In this document: piece after piece, positions 34,250 to 43,560 of the stretch | Position numbering within the stretch: the first letter of the stretch is position 1 | How the letters are laid out: the number at the start of each line of letters is the position of its first letter | The notes under the pieces: model-generated | Database searches by the model: none | What the model saw: only the letters and a program-made list of their open reading frames with translations | What the model was told of the DNA's origin: nothing | Assembly (NCBI GenBank): GCA_036676235.1 | Contig: JAKFDI010000011.1 | Span: 171,849-235,848, forward strand | Direction: 5' to 3' | DNA: 64,000 nt | Source of the DNA: Rhizobacter sp. | GTDB lineage: Bacteria; Pseudomonadota; Gammaproteobacteria; Burkholderiales; Burkholderiaceae_C | Translations under genes and position numbers: made by a program

Positions 34250-35103
34250 CCCGAAACGAGTTCCGCTTCTTCGACCGCCTGCGCGTGCGCTGGTCGGAGA
34301 TCGATTCCCAGAAGATCGTCTTCAACGCCCACTACCTGACCTACTTCGACACGGCGGTGGCGGGCTACTGGCGGGCGCTCGCGCTGCCGTATGCGCCCAC
34401 CATGGAGTACCTCGGCGGCGATCTCTTCGTGCGCAAGGCGACGGTCGAGTACGAACGCTCGGCGCGCTACGACGACGTGCTGGACGTGGGCATCCGTTGC
34501 GCGCGAATCGGCAACTCCTCGCTCATCTTCAGCGCCGGCGTGTTTCGCCAGGATGAGTTGCTGGTGTCGGGCGAACTGGTCTACGTGTTCGCCGATCCGC
34601 ACACGCAGAGTTCCAAGCCGGTGCCGCAGGAACTGCGCGACGTGCTGCAAGGCTTCGAGGCCGGCAAGCCGATGATCGAGGTGCGCGTGGGCGGCTGGGC
34701 CCAGCTCGGCGCCGATGCACGTGCCATCCGCACGGAGGTCTTCATCGAGGAACAGAAGATTCCTGCGGAGATGGAATGGGACACCGCCGACGAGGAATGC
34801 ATCCACGCCGTCGCCTACAACCGCTTCGGTGTGCCGCTGGCGACGGGGCGTTTGCTCGAACACGTGCCCGGCGTCGCGAAGATCGGGCGCATGGCGGTGT
34901 CGCAGGCGATGCGCGGCAGCCGCATCGGCCGCCACGTGCTGGACGCGCTGATGAAAGCAGCGCGCGAGCGCGGCGACCAGGAGGCGGTGCTGCACGCGCA
35001 GCTGTCGGCCTCGCCGTTCTATGCCAGGGCCGGCTTCAACGAGCGCGGTTCAGTCTTCGACGAAGCGGGGATTCCCCACGTCGAGATGGTCAGAACCTTG
35101 TGA
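34246..35103 (+). CDS. Fusion of 4HBT/YbgC-type acyl-CoA thioesterase and GNAT acetyltransferase
   Basis: N-terminal VRWSEIDSQKIVFNAHYLTYFD hotdog signature. C-terminal GNAT region (IGRMAVSQAMRGSRIGRHVL). GTGA overlap with the esterase stop. Confidence 0.75.
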   Translation: MTRNEFRFFDRLRVRWSEIDSQKIVFNAHYLTYFDTAVAGYWRALALPYAPTMEYLGGDLFVRKATVEYERSARYDDVLDVGIRCARIGNSSLIFSAGVFRQDELLVSGELVYVFADPHTQSSKPVPQELRDVLQGFEAGKPMIEVRVGGWAQLGADARAIRTEVFIEEQKIPAEMEWDTADEECIHAVAYNRFGVPLATGRLLEHVPGVAKIGRMAVSQAMRGSRIGRHVLDALMKAARERGDQEAVLHAQLSASPFYARAGFNERGSVFDEAGIPHVEMVRTL

Positions 35104-35121
35104 GCTTCTGCGCTGCGTCGC

Positions 35122-36090
35122 TCAGCGAGCGGTCGCAGACGCGCGCACGCGCTTGCCCGGCGGCTTGAGCAGGCTGCGCACGCGGGTGCGCTTCACCGGC
35201 AGTGCAGCCAGATTGCCCGGCACGTCGAGTTCCGCCTCCGACACGGGCTGCTGCTCGCTCACCACGGCGCTCGGTGCATCGTCCGCGTAGCGCGGCGGCC
35301 AGTGCTTGAGCGACGAGCGCCGCAGCAGCGCCACGCCCGTCGGGCTGAAGCTGCGCTCCAGCACATGCGTGACGAGATGGCGGTTCACGCGCTCGGCAAT
35401 GATGAGCGTCGAGCTGCGCGTGCCGTAGTTCAGCTCGGTCGCGCGGATGAACGCGGCCGACAGCATGCGTTCGCGTTCGGGCGCAACGCCGGTCTCGGGC
35501 AGCTCATGCGCAGCGGCCTCGGCACGGTCGGCCAAGGCCTCGAACAGCAGGGCCGACAGCGCATCCACCGATTCCACTCGCGGCAGCGCATCGGCCAGTC
35601 GCGCCTTGAGCGCATTGACCTTCGGCCACGGCGTGTCCAGGCCCGCGTTGGACAGGCCGTACACGCCGCGCTCGATGCGCTGCGGCGTGGCGCGCTGGTT
35701 GGTCGCGAAGAAGCAGTCGCCGCGCCGGAAGTCGGCGGCGATCAGGTTGAAGCCGTTGTAGCCCGACAGCGCCGTGCGCATCCAGAAGCGGTCGGCGCTT
35801 TCGCGGGACGCAAGCCACTCGGCAACGATGTGGCCGCGCGAGGGCGATTGCGGATCGGCGGGCTTGGCGTGCCGCACGTTGGTCACGAGGCCGAGCCGGC
35901 CTTCGGCGGTGAGGCCGAGCCAAGTGCCGCCGGCCTGCAGATCGCGGCCCGACAGGATGGCCGGGCCGCCGGCGTCCTGCGTCCACCAGGCCAGGCGTGC
36001 GGTCGGACGGGCGAAGAATTCGTCGCGGTTGGCCGCCAGCACCAGCGGGAAACGCCGGCTCTGGTCGATGGCGAGGGCTACGAGGCACAT
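35122..36090 (-). CDS. NRDE family protein (TANGO2/DUF833 homolog)
   Basis: MCLVALA...LAANRDEFF contains the N-terminal Cys and the eponymous NRDE motif. Confidence 0.85.
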   Translation of the reverse strand: MCLVALAIDQSRRFPLVLAANRDEFFARPTARLAWWTQDAGGPAILSGRDLQAGGTWLGLTAEGRLGLVTNVRHAKPADPQSPSRGHIVAEWLASRESADRFWMRTALSGYNGFNLIAADFRRGDCFFATNQRATPQRIERGVYGLSNAGLDTPWPKVNALKARLADALPRVESVDALSALLFEALADRAEAAAHELPETGVAPERERMLSAAFIRATELNYGTRSSTLIIAERVNRHLVTHVLERSFSPTGVALLRRSSLKHWPPRYADDAPSAVVSEQQPVSEAELDVPGNLAALPVKRTRVRSLLKPPGKRVRASATAR

Positions 36091-36425
36091 GAGACGAACA
36101 CCTCGATGTGGCGCGAGCCGTCGACATGGGGTGCGAGCGCCTGCGCTTCGCGTTCGATTTCGGCGGTCAGCGCGTCGTCGACGCCGCCCGCCGCAGCGTG
36201 CTTGTAGGTTTCCATCCAGGTCTGCCGGCCCAACTGTTCGTCCGGGCGGTGCAGCAAACGCGCCGTCAACCCGGGGTGGCGCGCTTGCAGTCGCGCCTGG
36301 TACACATCGACGATTTCTCGTGCTGCAGCCGCAGCGGAACTCGTGATTCGATAGTAGATGAACAGCTCGCGCGACGGGCTGCGGTGCCCGTGAACTGGTT
36401 CCCGCGGCGTCGCGTCTTGATGCAC
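36078..36425 (-). CDS. Small conserved hypothetical protein (DUF4936-like)
   Basis: ELFIYYRI...TWMETY pattern. 13-nt overlap with the NRDE gene start. Family assignment is from memory only. Confidence 0.55.
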   Translation of the reverse strand: MHQDATPREPVHGHRSPSRELFIYYRITSSAAAAAREIVDVYQARLQARHPGLTARLLHRPDEQLGRQTWMETYKHAAAGGVDDALTAEIEREAQALAPHVDGSRHIEVFVSCAS

Positions 36426-36449
36426 TGGAAACGGAGCGGGCAGGGCGCT

Positions 36450-37379
36450 TCAGCGGCCCGCCGCGGCTTCCTCGGCCTCAAGCGGCAGGGCGTAGGGCAG
36501 CGCCTGGCGCGTTAGCACGGGGCCGTCGGGCGCGCCGAGGTGCAGGCTGCCGGCCGGCAGGGCGGCCAGCTTCACTTCGGCCAGCACCGAGGCGCCGCCG
36601 CGCAGGTTCGGCGCGACATTCGCCACGCGCCCGGCGGGCTGGGCGGCGTCGCCGCTGTGAAAGATTTCCTGGCCGGCGAGCGCGGCGCCTTCGGTGTCGA
36701 AGAGGAAGGCGCGGCGCTTCACCGTGCCGCGGTACTGTGCCCGCGCCACGATCTCCTGGCCGGGGTAGCAGCCCTTCTGGAAGTTCACGCCACCGACGAC
36801 CTCGAAGTTCAGCATCTGCGGCACGAACTGGTCGGTGGTGGCGGCCTCGATCACGGCAATGCCGCTGCGCACCTCGAGCCAGCGCCAGGCGTCCAGCGAC
36901 AGCGGCTCGCCCACTGGCGCCGCGCCGGCCACCAGCGCGCGGGGAACGCCTTCTGCATCGGGCAGGTGGATCACCGTGCGGCCGTCTACCGTGCGCGCCG
37001 ACCACACCGGCGCGTCGACCAGCAGGCCTTGCGCCGTCGCACCTGCCGCGCCGCACAGCGGCAATTCGGCACTCGCATCGCTCAACTTGCACTTGGCGCG
37101 CAGCACGAACATCGACAGCCGCTTCAGCGTGGCGGGCAACACGCTCGCGTGGCAGGCGAGCAGCAATTCCTCCGCCGCGGAACGCCACACGATGAAACTC
37201 GCCAGCAGCCGCCCCTTGGGCGAGCAGTAGCCGGCCAGGCACGCCGCGCCGACCGCAAGATGTTCGGTGTCGTTGGTGAGTTGGCCGTGCAGGAAGCTTG
37301 CCGCGTCCGGCCCGACGGCGCGAATCACGCCCCAATCCCCCAATGCCGCCACGCCGTTCATCACCGTTTGCTCGTTCAT
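36450..37379 (-). CDS. ygfZ: Folate-binding Fe-S cluster repair/tRNA-modification protein YgfZ
   Basis: KGCYPGQEIVAR signature. Start at MNEQTVMNG. Confidence 0.88.
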   Translation of the reverse strand: MNEQTVMNGVAALGDWGVIRAVGPDAASFLHGQLTNDTEHLAVGAACLAGYCSPKGRLLASFIVWRSAAEELLLACHASVLPATLKRLSMFVLRAKCKLSDASAELPLCGAAGATAQGLLVDAPVWSARTVDGRTVIHLPDAEGVPRALVAGAAPVGEPLSLDAWRWLEVRSGIAVIEAATTDQFVPQMLNFEVVGGVNFQKGCYPGQEIVARAQYRGTVKRRAFLFDTEGAALAGQEIFHSGDAAQPAGRVANVAPNLRGGASVLAEVKLAALPAGSLHLGAPDGPVLTRQALPYALPLEAEEAAAGR

Positions 37380-37458
37380 GCGCCGATTATCATCAGCGCC
37401 CTTTCTTCCTGTGCCCTGGGGCTTTGTCATTTCCCTGAGGCCGAGCACTCCCTGATCG

Positions 37459-38457
37459 ATGAAGTCGCTGCGTCTGCTGGTGTTGCTCGTCGTCGTGCTG
37501 GCCGCGGGTGCCGCGGCGGCGGCGCTGTGGTGGATCAACCATCCGCTAGAACTGGCCCAGCCCTCGGTGGAGCTGTCCGTCGAGACGGGCGCCACGCCGC
37601 GCGCCATCGCGAACGATTGGGTCCAGGCCGGCGTGCGCACCTCGCCGACGCTGCTGTACGAATGGTTCCGCTGGTCGCGCCAGGCGCGCAACATCCGCGC
37701 CGGCAGCTACGAAATATCCACCGGCACCACGCCCCGTCAGCTGCTCGACAAGATGGTGCGCGGCGACGAGACGCTCGCCTTCGTGCGCCTGATCGAAGGC
37801 TGGACCTTCAAGCAGTTCCGCGAGGAACTCGCCAAGGCCGATGCCCTGAAGCCCACCACCGTGACGATGACCGACGAGCAGGTCATGGCCGCGCTCGGGC
37901 ACCCGGGTATGCCGCCCGAGGGCCGCTTCTTCCCCGACACCTATGCCTACAGCAAGGGCGTGAGCGACCTGGCCGTGCTGCGGCGCGCCCACCACGCGAT
38001 GCAGCAGCGGCTGGCGCAAGCATGGGCCGCGCGCCTGCCCGACACGCCGCTTCGCACGCCGGACGAACTGCTCACGCTCGCCTCGATCGTCGAGAAGGAG
38101 ACCGGTCATGGCGCTGACCGCGGCAAGGTCGCCGCGGTGTTCCTGAACCGCCTGCGCATCGGCATGGCGCTGCAGACGGACCCGACGGTGATCTACGGCA
38201 TGGGCAGCGCCTTCGACGGCAACCTGCGCCGCGCCGACCTGCAGCGCGACACGCCCTACAACACCTACACGCGCGCCGGCCTGCCGCCGACGCCGATCGC
38301 CATGCCGGGCAAGGCCTCGCTGGCGGCGGTGATCCGGCCGGACGCCACCCGCGCGCTGTACTTCGTCTCCCGCGGCGACGGCACGAGCGAGTTCAGCGAA
38401 ACGCTCACGCAACACAACCGTGCGGTCAACCGCTACCAGCGCGGGCAGGGCAAATGA
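37459..38457 (+). CDS. mltG: Endolytic murein transglycosylase MltG (YceG)
   Basis: N-terminal TM anchor plus YceG domain (ASIVEKET). Conserved mltG-tmk-holB order. Confidence 0.9.
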   Translation: MKSLRLLVLLVVVLAAGAAAAALWWINHPLELAQPSVELSVETGATPRAIANDWVQAGVRTSPTLLYEWFRWSRQARNIRAGSYEISTGTTPRQLLDKMVRGDETLAFVRLIEGWTFKQFREELAKADALKPTTVTMTDEQVMAALGHPGMPPEGRFFPDTYAYSKGVSDLAVLRRAHHAMQQRLAQAWAARLPDTPLRTPDELLTLASIVEKETGHGADRGKVAAVFLNRLRIGMALQTDPTVIYGMGSAFDGNLRRADLQRDTPYNTYTRAGLPPTPIAMPGKASLAAVIRPDATRALYFVSRGDGTSEFSETLTQHNRAVNRYQRGQGK

Positions 38458-39068
38458 ACGCCGCCCGGTTCATCAGCTTCGAGGGCATCGACGGCGCCGG
38501 CAAGTCGAGCCACATCGACGCCGTGGCCGAACGTCTGCGCCGCAGCGGTGCCACGGTGCTCACCACCCGCGAGCCTGGCGGCACGGCGTTGGCCGAACGC
38601 CTGCGCGAGCTGGTGCTTCATCAGCCGATGGATGCACTGACCGAGGCCCTGCTTGTCTTCGCCGCGCGGCGAGACCATGTGCAGCAGCTCATCGCCCCGG
38701 CGCTCGCGCGCGGCGACACGGTGCTGTGCGACCGCTTCACCGACGCCACCTTCGCCTACCAGGGCAGCGGCCGCGGCTTCGACGCCGCCGTGCTGCGCCA
38801 GCTCGAACAGTGGGTGCATGGCGAACTGCAGCCCACGCTCACCTTCTGGTTCGACGTGGCGCCGGCCGTCGCCGCCGAACGTCGCGCCGCGGCGCGCGCG
38901 CCCGACCGCTTCGAGGCGCAGGACCTGGCCTTCTTCGAGCGCGTGCGCGCCGGCTACCGGCAGCGCATGGATGAATCGCCCGGGCGCTTCGTGCGCATTG
39001 ACTCTTCGCTTTCGCGCGAGGCGGTGGATATGCAGATCGACACCGCACTGGAGGCCCGCGGGTGGTAG
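38454..39068 (+). CDS. tmk: Thymidylate kinase
   Basis: P-loop [14 protein letters not shown]. Overlaps the mltG stop. Confidence 0.93.
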   Translation: MNAARFISFEGIDGAGKSSHIDAVAERLRRSGATVLTTREPGGTALAERLRELVLHQPMDALTEALLVFAARRDHVQQLIAPALARGDTVLCDRFTDATFAYQGSGRGFDAAVLRQLEQWVHGELQPTLTFWFDVAPAVAAERRAAARAPDRFEAQDLAFFERVRAGYRQRMDESPGRFVRIDSSLSREAVDMQIDTALEARGW

Positions 39069-40129
39069 GCGCCGACGGCACGCTGCCGCTGCCCTGGCTC
39101 GAGGCGCCGCTGCGCCAGGCGCTGGCGCACGGCCGCGCCCATGCGCTGCTGGTGCACGGGCCGCAGGGCGTGGGGCAATTTGAGCTGGCCATCGTGCTGG
39201 CGCAGGCGTGGCTGTGCGAAGACACCGCCCTGCAATCCCGGCCCTGCGGGCACTGCCCCTCCTGCCGGCTGGTGCAGTCGCATTCGCACCCCGACCTGCT
39301 GGTGCTGCTGCCGGAGGCGCTGCGTGCCCCGCTCGGCTGGGGCAGTGAAGACGAAACCGCTGACACCGACAAGGCCACCAAGCGCAAGCCCAGCCGCGAC
39401 ATCCGCGTCGATGAGGTGCGCCGTGCCATCGCCTTCGCGCAGACCACCTCGGGGCGTGGCCGCGGCAAGGTGCTGGTGCTGCATCCGGCCGAGCGGCTCA
39501 ACGGCATCGCCGCCAACGCGCTGCTCAAGACGCTGGAAGAGCCGCCGGGCGATTCGCGCCTGGTGCTTTCGTGCGCCGCGCCCGACGCGCTGCTGCCCAC
39601 CATCCGCAGCCGTTGCCAGGCGCTCGCGCTGCCGCTGCCCGATGCCGAGGCCGCAAGCGCGTGGCTCGCGCAGCAGGGCATCGCCGAGCCCGCCGTGCTG
39701 CTCGGTGCCGCGGGCGGCCAGCCGCAGGATGCGCTGGCCTGGGCCGCCGACGGCATCGACGCGCGAACCTGGACGGCGCTGCCGAGGCAGATCGCGCAGG
39801 GCGACGCGGCCGGCCTCGCGGCCTGGCCGCTGCCGCGCGTGGTCGACATGCTGCAAAAGCTCTGCCACGACCTGATGCGCCTGGCCGCCGGCGGTGAGCC
39901 GCGCTACTTCCCGCGCGCCGCGCTGCCGGCCAAGCCCGCGCCGCTCGAGCGGCTCGCGCCCTGGGCCAAGGCGCTTGCGGCGCACGCCCGCTCGGCCGAG
40001 CACACCTGGAATGCCGGCCTGATGGCGGAAGCCCTGGTGCAACAGGCGCGGCAGGCCTTCGCCGCCGCGCCGCCCGTGCAAGAGCGCACGCTTTCGCGCC
40101 AGGGTGTTTCAGTACACTCGATTCGATGA
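39062..40129 (+). CDS. holB: DNA polymerase III subunit delta'
   Basis: [13 protein letters not shown] clamp-loader motif and a zinc module C-x-x-C (CGHCPSC). GTG start overlaps the tmk stop. Confidence 0.88.
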   Translation: MVGADGTLPLPWLEAPLRQALAHGRAHALLVHGPQGVGQFELAIVLAQAWLCEDTALQSRPCGHCPSCRLVQSHSHPDLLVLLPEALRAPLGWGSEDETADTDKATKRKPSRDIRVDEVRRAIAFAQTTSGRGRGKVLVLHPAERLNGIAANALLKTLEEPPGDSRLVLSCAAPDALLPTIRSRCQALALPLPDAEAASAWLAQQGIAEPAVLLGAAGGQPQDALAWAADGIDARTWTALPRQIAQGDAAGLAAWPLPRVVDMLQKLCHDLMRLAAGGEPRYFPRAALPAKPAPLERLAPWAKALAAHARSAEHTWNAGLMAEALVQQARQAFAAAPPVQERTLSRQGVSVHSIR

Positions 40130-40536
40130 GCGACCTAAGCCCGCGCAGCGACATGCTTCCGCGCAGTACGCCCCCCGGGGCGGCGCTGCCGGCCGGGCCG
40201 CGGCCGAGCGTGATCCAACTGGTGTTTCGCGAGAAGGGCGCGCTCTACGCCGCCTACATCCCGCTCTTCACCGAGGGTGGCCTGTTCGTGCCGACCACGC
40301 GCGAATACAAGCTCGGCGACGACATCTACCTGCTGCTGTCGCTGCCGGAAGACGCCCAGCGCTATCCGGTGGCCGGCAAGGTGGCCTGGCTCACGCCGCC
40401 CAACGCCTCGGGCGGACGCACGCAGGGCGTCGGCGTGCGCTTTCCGGGCGACGAGAAGACGCGGCTCCTGAAGCTGCGCATCGAAGAGATCCTGGGCACC
40501 TCGATCTCTTCGTCCAAACCCACGCAGACCATCTGA
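40126..40536 (+). CDS. pilZ: PilZ protein (type IV pilus-associated PilZ ortholog)
   Basis: LYAAYIPLFTEGGLFVPT...YPVAGKVAWLTP...GVGVRF is co-linear with P. aeruginosa PilZ. Same holB-pilZ-tatD synteny. Confidence 0.85.
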   Translation: MSDLSPRSDMLPRSTPPGAALPAGPRPSVIQLVFREKGALYAAYIPLFTEGGLFVPTTREYKLGDDIYLLLSLPEDAQRYPVAGKVAWLTPPNASGGRTQGVGVRFPGDEKTRLLKLRIEEILGTSISSSKPTQTI

Positions 40537-40611
40537 TCCGCCGCGCGCGCTACGCTGCGAGGCCGCGCCTTGCCGTGGCCGCGCCATGGTCGTTTCACCT
40601 CCTCCTTTCCC

Positions 40612-41412
40612 ATGTACGTCGACTCCCACTGCCACCTCACCTTTCCCGAACTGGCTGCACGCATCGACGGCATCCGCGCCGACATGCAGGCCGCGCAAGT
40701 GGATCGCGCGCTGTGCATCTGCACCACGCTGGAAGAGTTCGATGACGTGCACGGGCTCGCGCAGCGCTTCGACAACTTCTGGGCGAGCGTCGGCGTGCAC
40801 CCCGACAACGAAGACGTGCGCGAGCCGAGCGTCGACGAACTGGCGACGCTGGCCGAGCGGCCGCGTGTCATCGCGATCGGCGAGACCGGGCTCGACTACT
40901 TCCGGCTGAACGGCCGCAGCGTGGCCGACATGGCCTGGCAGCGCGAGCGCTTCCGCGTGCACATCCGGGCCGGCCGGCGCACCGGGCTGCCGCTCGTCAT
41001 CCACACCCGCAGCGCGAGCGACGACACGCTGGACATCCTGCGCGAGGAGGGCGGCAGCCACGGCGTCTTCCACTGCTTCACCGAAACCGAGGCGGTGGCG
41101 CGTGCCGCGCTCGACCTCGGCTTCTTCATCTCGTTCTCCGGCATCCTGACCTTCAAGACCGCCGCCGATCTGCGCGAGGTGGCGCGCTTCGTGCCCCTCG
41201 ACCGCTGCTTGATCGAGACGGACAGCCCGTATCTGGCGCCCGTGCCGTACCGCGGCAAGACCAACACGCCGGCTTACGTGCCGCATGTGGCGGCGCAGAT
41301 CGCCGAGTTGAAGGGCTTGAGCGTCGAGGCCGTGGCCGAGGCGACCTCACGCAACTTCGAGCAACTCTTTCTGGCCTCGCGCACCGCCTTCGAGGAGGCG
41401 CTCAGAACATGA
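40612..41412 (+). CDS. TatD family metal-dependent hydrolase/DNase
   Basis: MYVDSHCHL, GETGLDY and ETDSPYL motifs. Confidence 0.9.
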   Translation: MYVDSHCHLTFPELAARIDGIRADMQAAQVDRALCICTTLEEFDDVHGLAQRFDNFWASVGVHPDNEDVREPSVDELATLAERPRVIAIGETGLDYFRLNGRSVADMAWQRERFRVHIRAGRRTGLPLVIHTRSASDDTLDILREEGGSHGVFHCFTETEAVARAALDLGFFISFSGILTFKTAADLREVARFVPLDRCLIETDSPYLAPVPYRGKTNTPAYVPHVAAQIAELKGLSVEAVAEATSRNFEQLFLASRTAFEEALRT

Positions 41413-42044
41413 GAATCATCTTCAAGACATTCGTCTATCTATTTGTCGTTCTAGGATTTTCATTCGCCCACGCCGGCTCGTACGAAGACTTCTTCACGGC
41501 CGTGACCCGCGACGACGGCGGGACGATCACCCGCCTCGTCGCCCGTGGTTTCGATCCCAACTCGCTCGATCCGACCGGCCAGACTGCGCTGCTTCTCGCG
41601 CTGCGTGCCGACTCGGCGAACGTGGTCGAGGCGCTGCTCGCCGCGCCCGGGATCGACGTGAACGTGCAGAACGCATCCGGCGAAACGCCGCTGATGATGG
41701 CCGCGCTGAAGGGCAATCTGGAACGCTGCCAGCAGCTCCTGGCGCGCGGCGCGGCGGTGAACAAGAGCGGCTGGACGCCGCTGCACTACGCCGCCACGGG
41801 GCCCGCGCCGACGATCGTGCAGATGCTCATCGACAAGGGCGCGCGCATCGAGGCGCCGTCGCCCAACCGCAGCACGCCGCTGATGATGGCGGCCGGCTAC
41901 GGTGCCGAGGCCAACGTCGATGTGTTGCTCGGGCGCGGCGCCGATCCGCGTGCACGCAACGAACTGCAGCTCAGCGCCGCCGATTTCGCACGGCGTGCAC
42001 AGCGCGAGTCGCTGGCCGAGCGGCTCGACAAACTGGCCCGCTGA
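41409..42044 (+). CDS. Secreted ankyrin-repeat protein
   Basis: Signal peptide MRIIFKTFVYLFVVLGFSFAHA, then about four ANK repeats (G.TPL..AA..G....LL..GA..N). ATGA overlap with tatD. Confidence 0.85.
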   Translation: MRIIFKTFVYLFVVLGFSFAHAGSYEDFFTAVTRDDGGTITRLVARGFDPNSLDPTGQTALLLALRADSANVVEALLAAPGIDVNVQNASGETPLMMAALKGNLERCQQLLARGAAVNKSGWTPLHYAATGPAPTIVQMLIDKGARIEAPSPNRSTPLMMAAGYGAEANVDVLLGRGADPRARNELQLSAADFARRAQRESLAERLDKLAR

Positions 42045-42214
42045 CGCCCGGTGCCGACCGGTGCGCTTGCGCGGCCGCACCCGGCCGGGCCGATCGCAAC
42101 CCGACAGCGTGTCAGGCAACTTCCGACACGCTTCATGGCGGGGCGCTGACTGATCAGCCGCGGCGCCTCTCCCTACATTGCGGCCATCGACACCCGCACT
42201 CAAAGGAGCGAGTC

Positions 42215-42418
42215 ATGCACAAGTCACCGTTGTTGGCCAATCCGTTCGCGCTGATGATGGAGCCCGAGGCCGTGCTGCAGGCCATCGAGCAGGCGCAGAG
42301 CCAGGGCCGGGTGAAAGGCAGGATCTACCGCCCGCTGGACAAGCCGGCGATTCCCGACACGCCGGAAGCCATCCGCGCGTTCGACCGCCGCGCCGACAAG
42401 AGCAGCCTGCACGACTGA
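42215..42418 (+). CDS. Hypothetical 67-aa protein
   Basis: AAAGGAG RBS 7 nt upstream of the ATG. Strong terminator 70 nt downstream. No family recognised. Confidence 0.5.
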   Translation: MHKSPLLANPFALMMEPEAVLQAIEQAQSQGRVKGRIYRPLDKPAIPDTPEAIRAFDRRADKSSLHD

Positions 42419-42485
42419 GATTTCATCGCTCCCTGCACCGGCCCACACGCGAGCCGGCGCTGCGGGGTACGCCACTTGCCAGACC

Positions 42486-42522
42486 AGGCGGCTGGGCCAC
42501 GACGAGGCCCAGCCGCCTTTTT
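42486..42522 (+). terminator. Rho-independent terminator
   Basis: AGGCGGCTGGGCC-ACGACGA-GGCCCAGCCGCCT followed by TTTT. Confidence 0.85.
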
Positions 42523-42563
42523 CATGTCGGCCGCATGCTGGCTGCGAACCCGGTCTTTCCGTC

Positions 42564-43472
42564 ATGGCACGACTGCACACCGATCCGAGCACACCGCATC
42601 CCGCCGGCGTCTCGGCGCGCCGCTGGCTCGGCGTGGCGATCGTCATCGGCGGCGCGGCCGCGCTTGCGTCCGACTTCTTCCAGTACGTCGTGCTGCAGGA
42701 TTCGCGCGTGTACCGTGCCTTGCTCGGCGGTTCGATGGCGGCGCTCGCCACGGCGCTGGGCACCTTGCCGGTGCTGCTGTCGCAACAGCTTTCGCAGCGC
42801 CTGCAGGACACGCTGCTCGGTTTCGGCGCCGGAGTGATGCTGGCGGCCTGCGCGTTCTCGCTCATCGTGCCGGCGATTGCCAGCGCCGAGCAGCAGGGCG
42901 CCGGCGCATGGGGAGCGGGCGGCATCGTCGGCGCCGGCATCCTGCTCGGGGCACTGGTGCTGCTCGCCATCGACCGGCTGGTGCCGCACGAACACTTCTT
43001 CAAGGGCCATGAAGGGCCGCAGGCGAGGGCGCTCAAGCGCGCCTGGCTGTTCATCCTCGCGATCACGCTGCACAACGTGCCCGAAGGGCTGGCGATCGGC
43101 GTGGCCTTCGCCGGCCCGGACGTGATAGGCGCCAATGCGCTCGCCACCGGCATCTCGATCCAGGACGTGCCCGAAGGCCTGGTGGTCGCGCTCGCGCTGC
43201 GCGGCGTGGGCTACGGGCGTGGCGCCTCGGTGGCGATGGGCGCCGCCTCGGGGCTGGTGGAGCCGCTGGGCGCGGTGTTCGGCGCGGCGGTGATCGGCCT
43301 GTCGGCGGCGCTGCTGCCCTGGGGACTGGCGGCTGCGGCGGGCGCCATGCTGTTCGTCATCAGCCACGAGATCATTCCCGAATCGCACCGCCAGGGGCAC
43401 GAGGCCTTTGCCACCTGCGGGCTGGTGCTCGGCTTCGTACTGATGATGATGCTGGACACCGCGCTCGGCTGA
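42564..43472 (+). CDS. ZIP family (GufA/ZupT-like) divalent metal transporter
   Basis: [10 protein letters not shown] and IQDVPEGL motifs, with about 8 TM segments. Confidence 0.88.
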   Translation: MARLHTDPSTPHPAGVSARRWLGVAIVIGGAAALASDFFQYVVLQDSRVYRALLGGSMAALATALGTLPVLLSQQLSQRLQDTLLGFGAGVMLAACAFSLIVPAIASAEQQGAGAWGAGGIVGAGILLGALVLLAIDRLVPHEHFFKGHEGPQARALKRAWLFILAITLHNVPEGLAIGVAFAGPDVIGANALATGISIQDVPEGLVVALALRGVGYGRGASVAMGAASGLVEPLGAVFGAAVIGLSAALLPWGLAAAAGAMLFVISHEIIPESHRQGHEAFATCGLVLGFVLMMMLDTALG

Positions 43473-43560
43473 GCCGATCGGGCCGGGGCGATATGCTCAT
43501 GAGCCCGCGCCGATGCATGCGCGACGAGCGCCGCCGGCGCACAAGAACAGGACCACTGCC

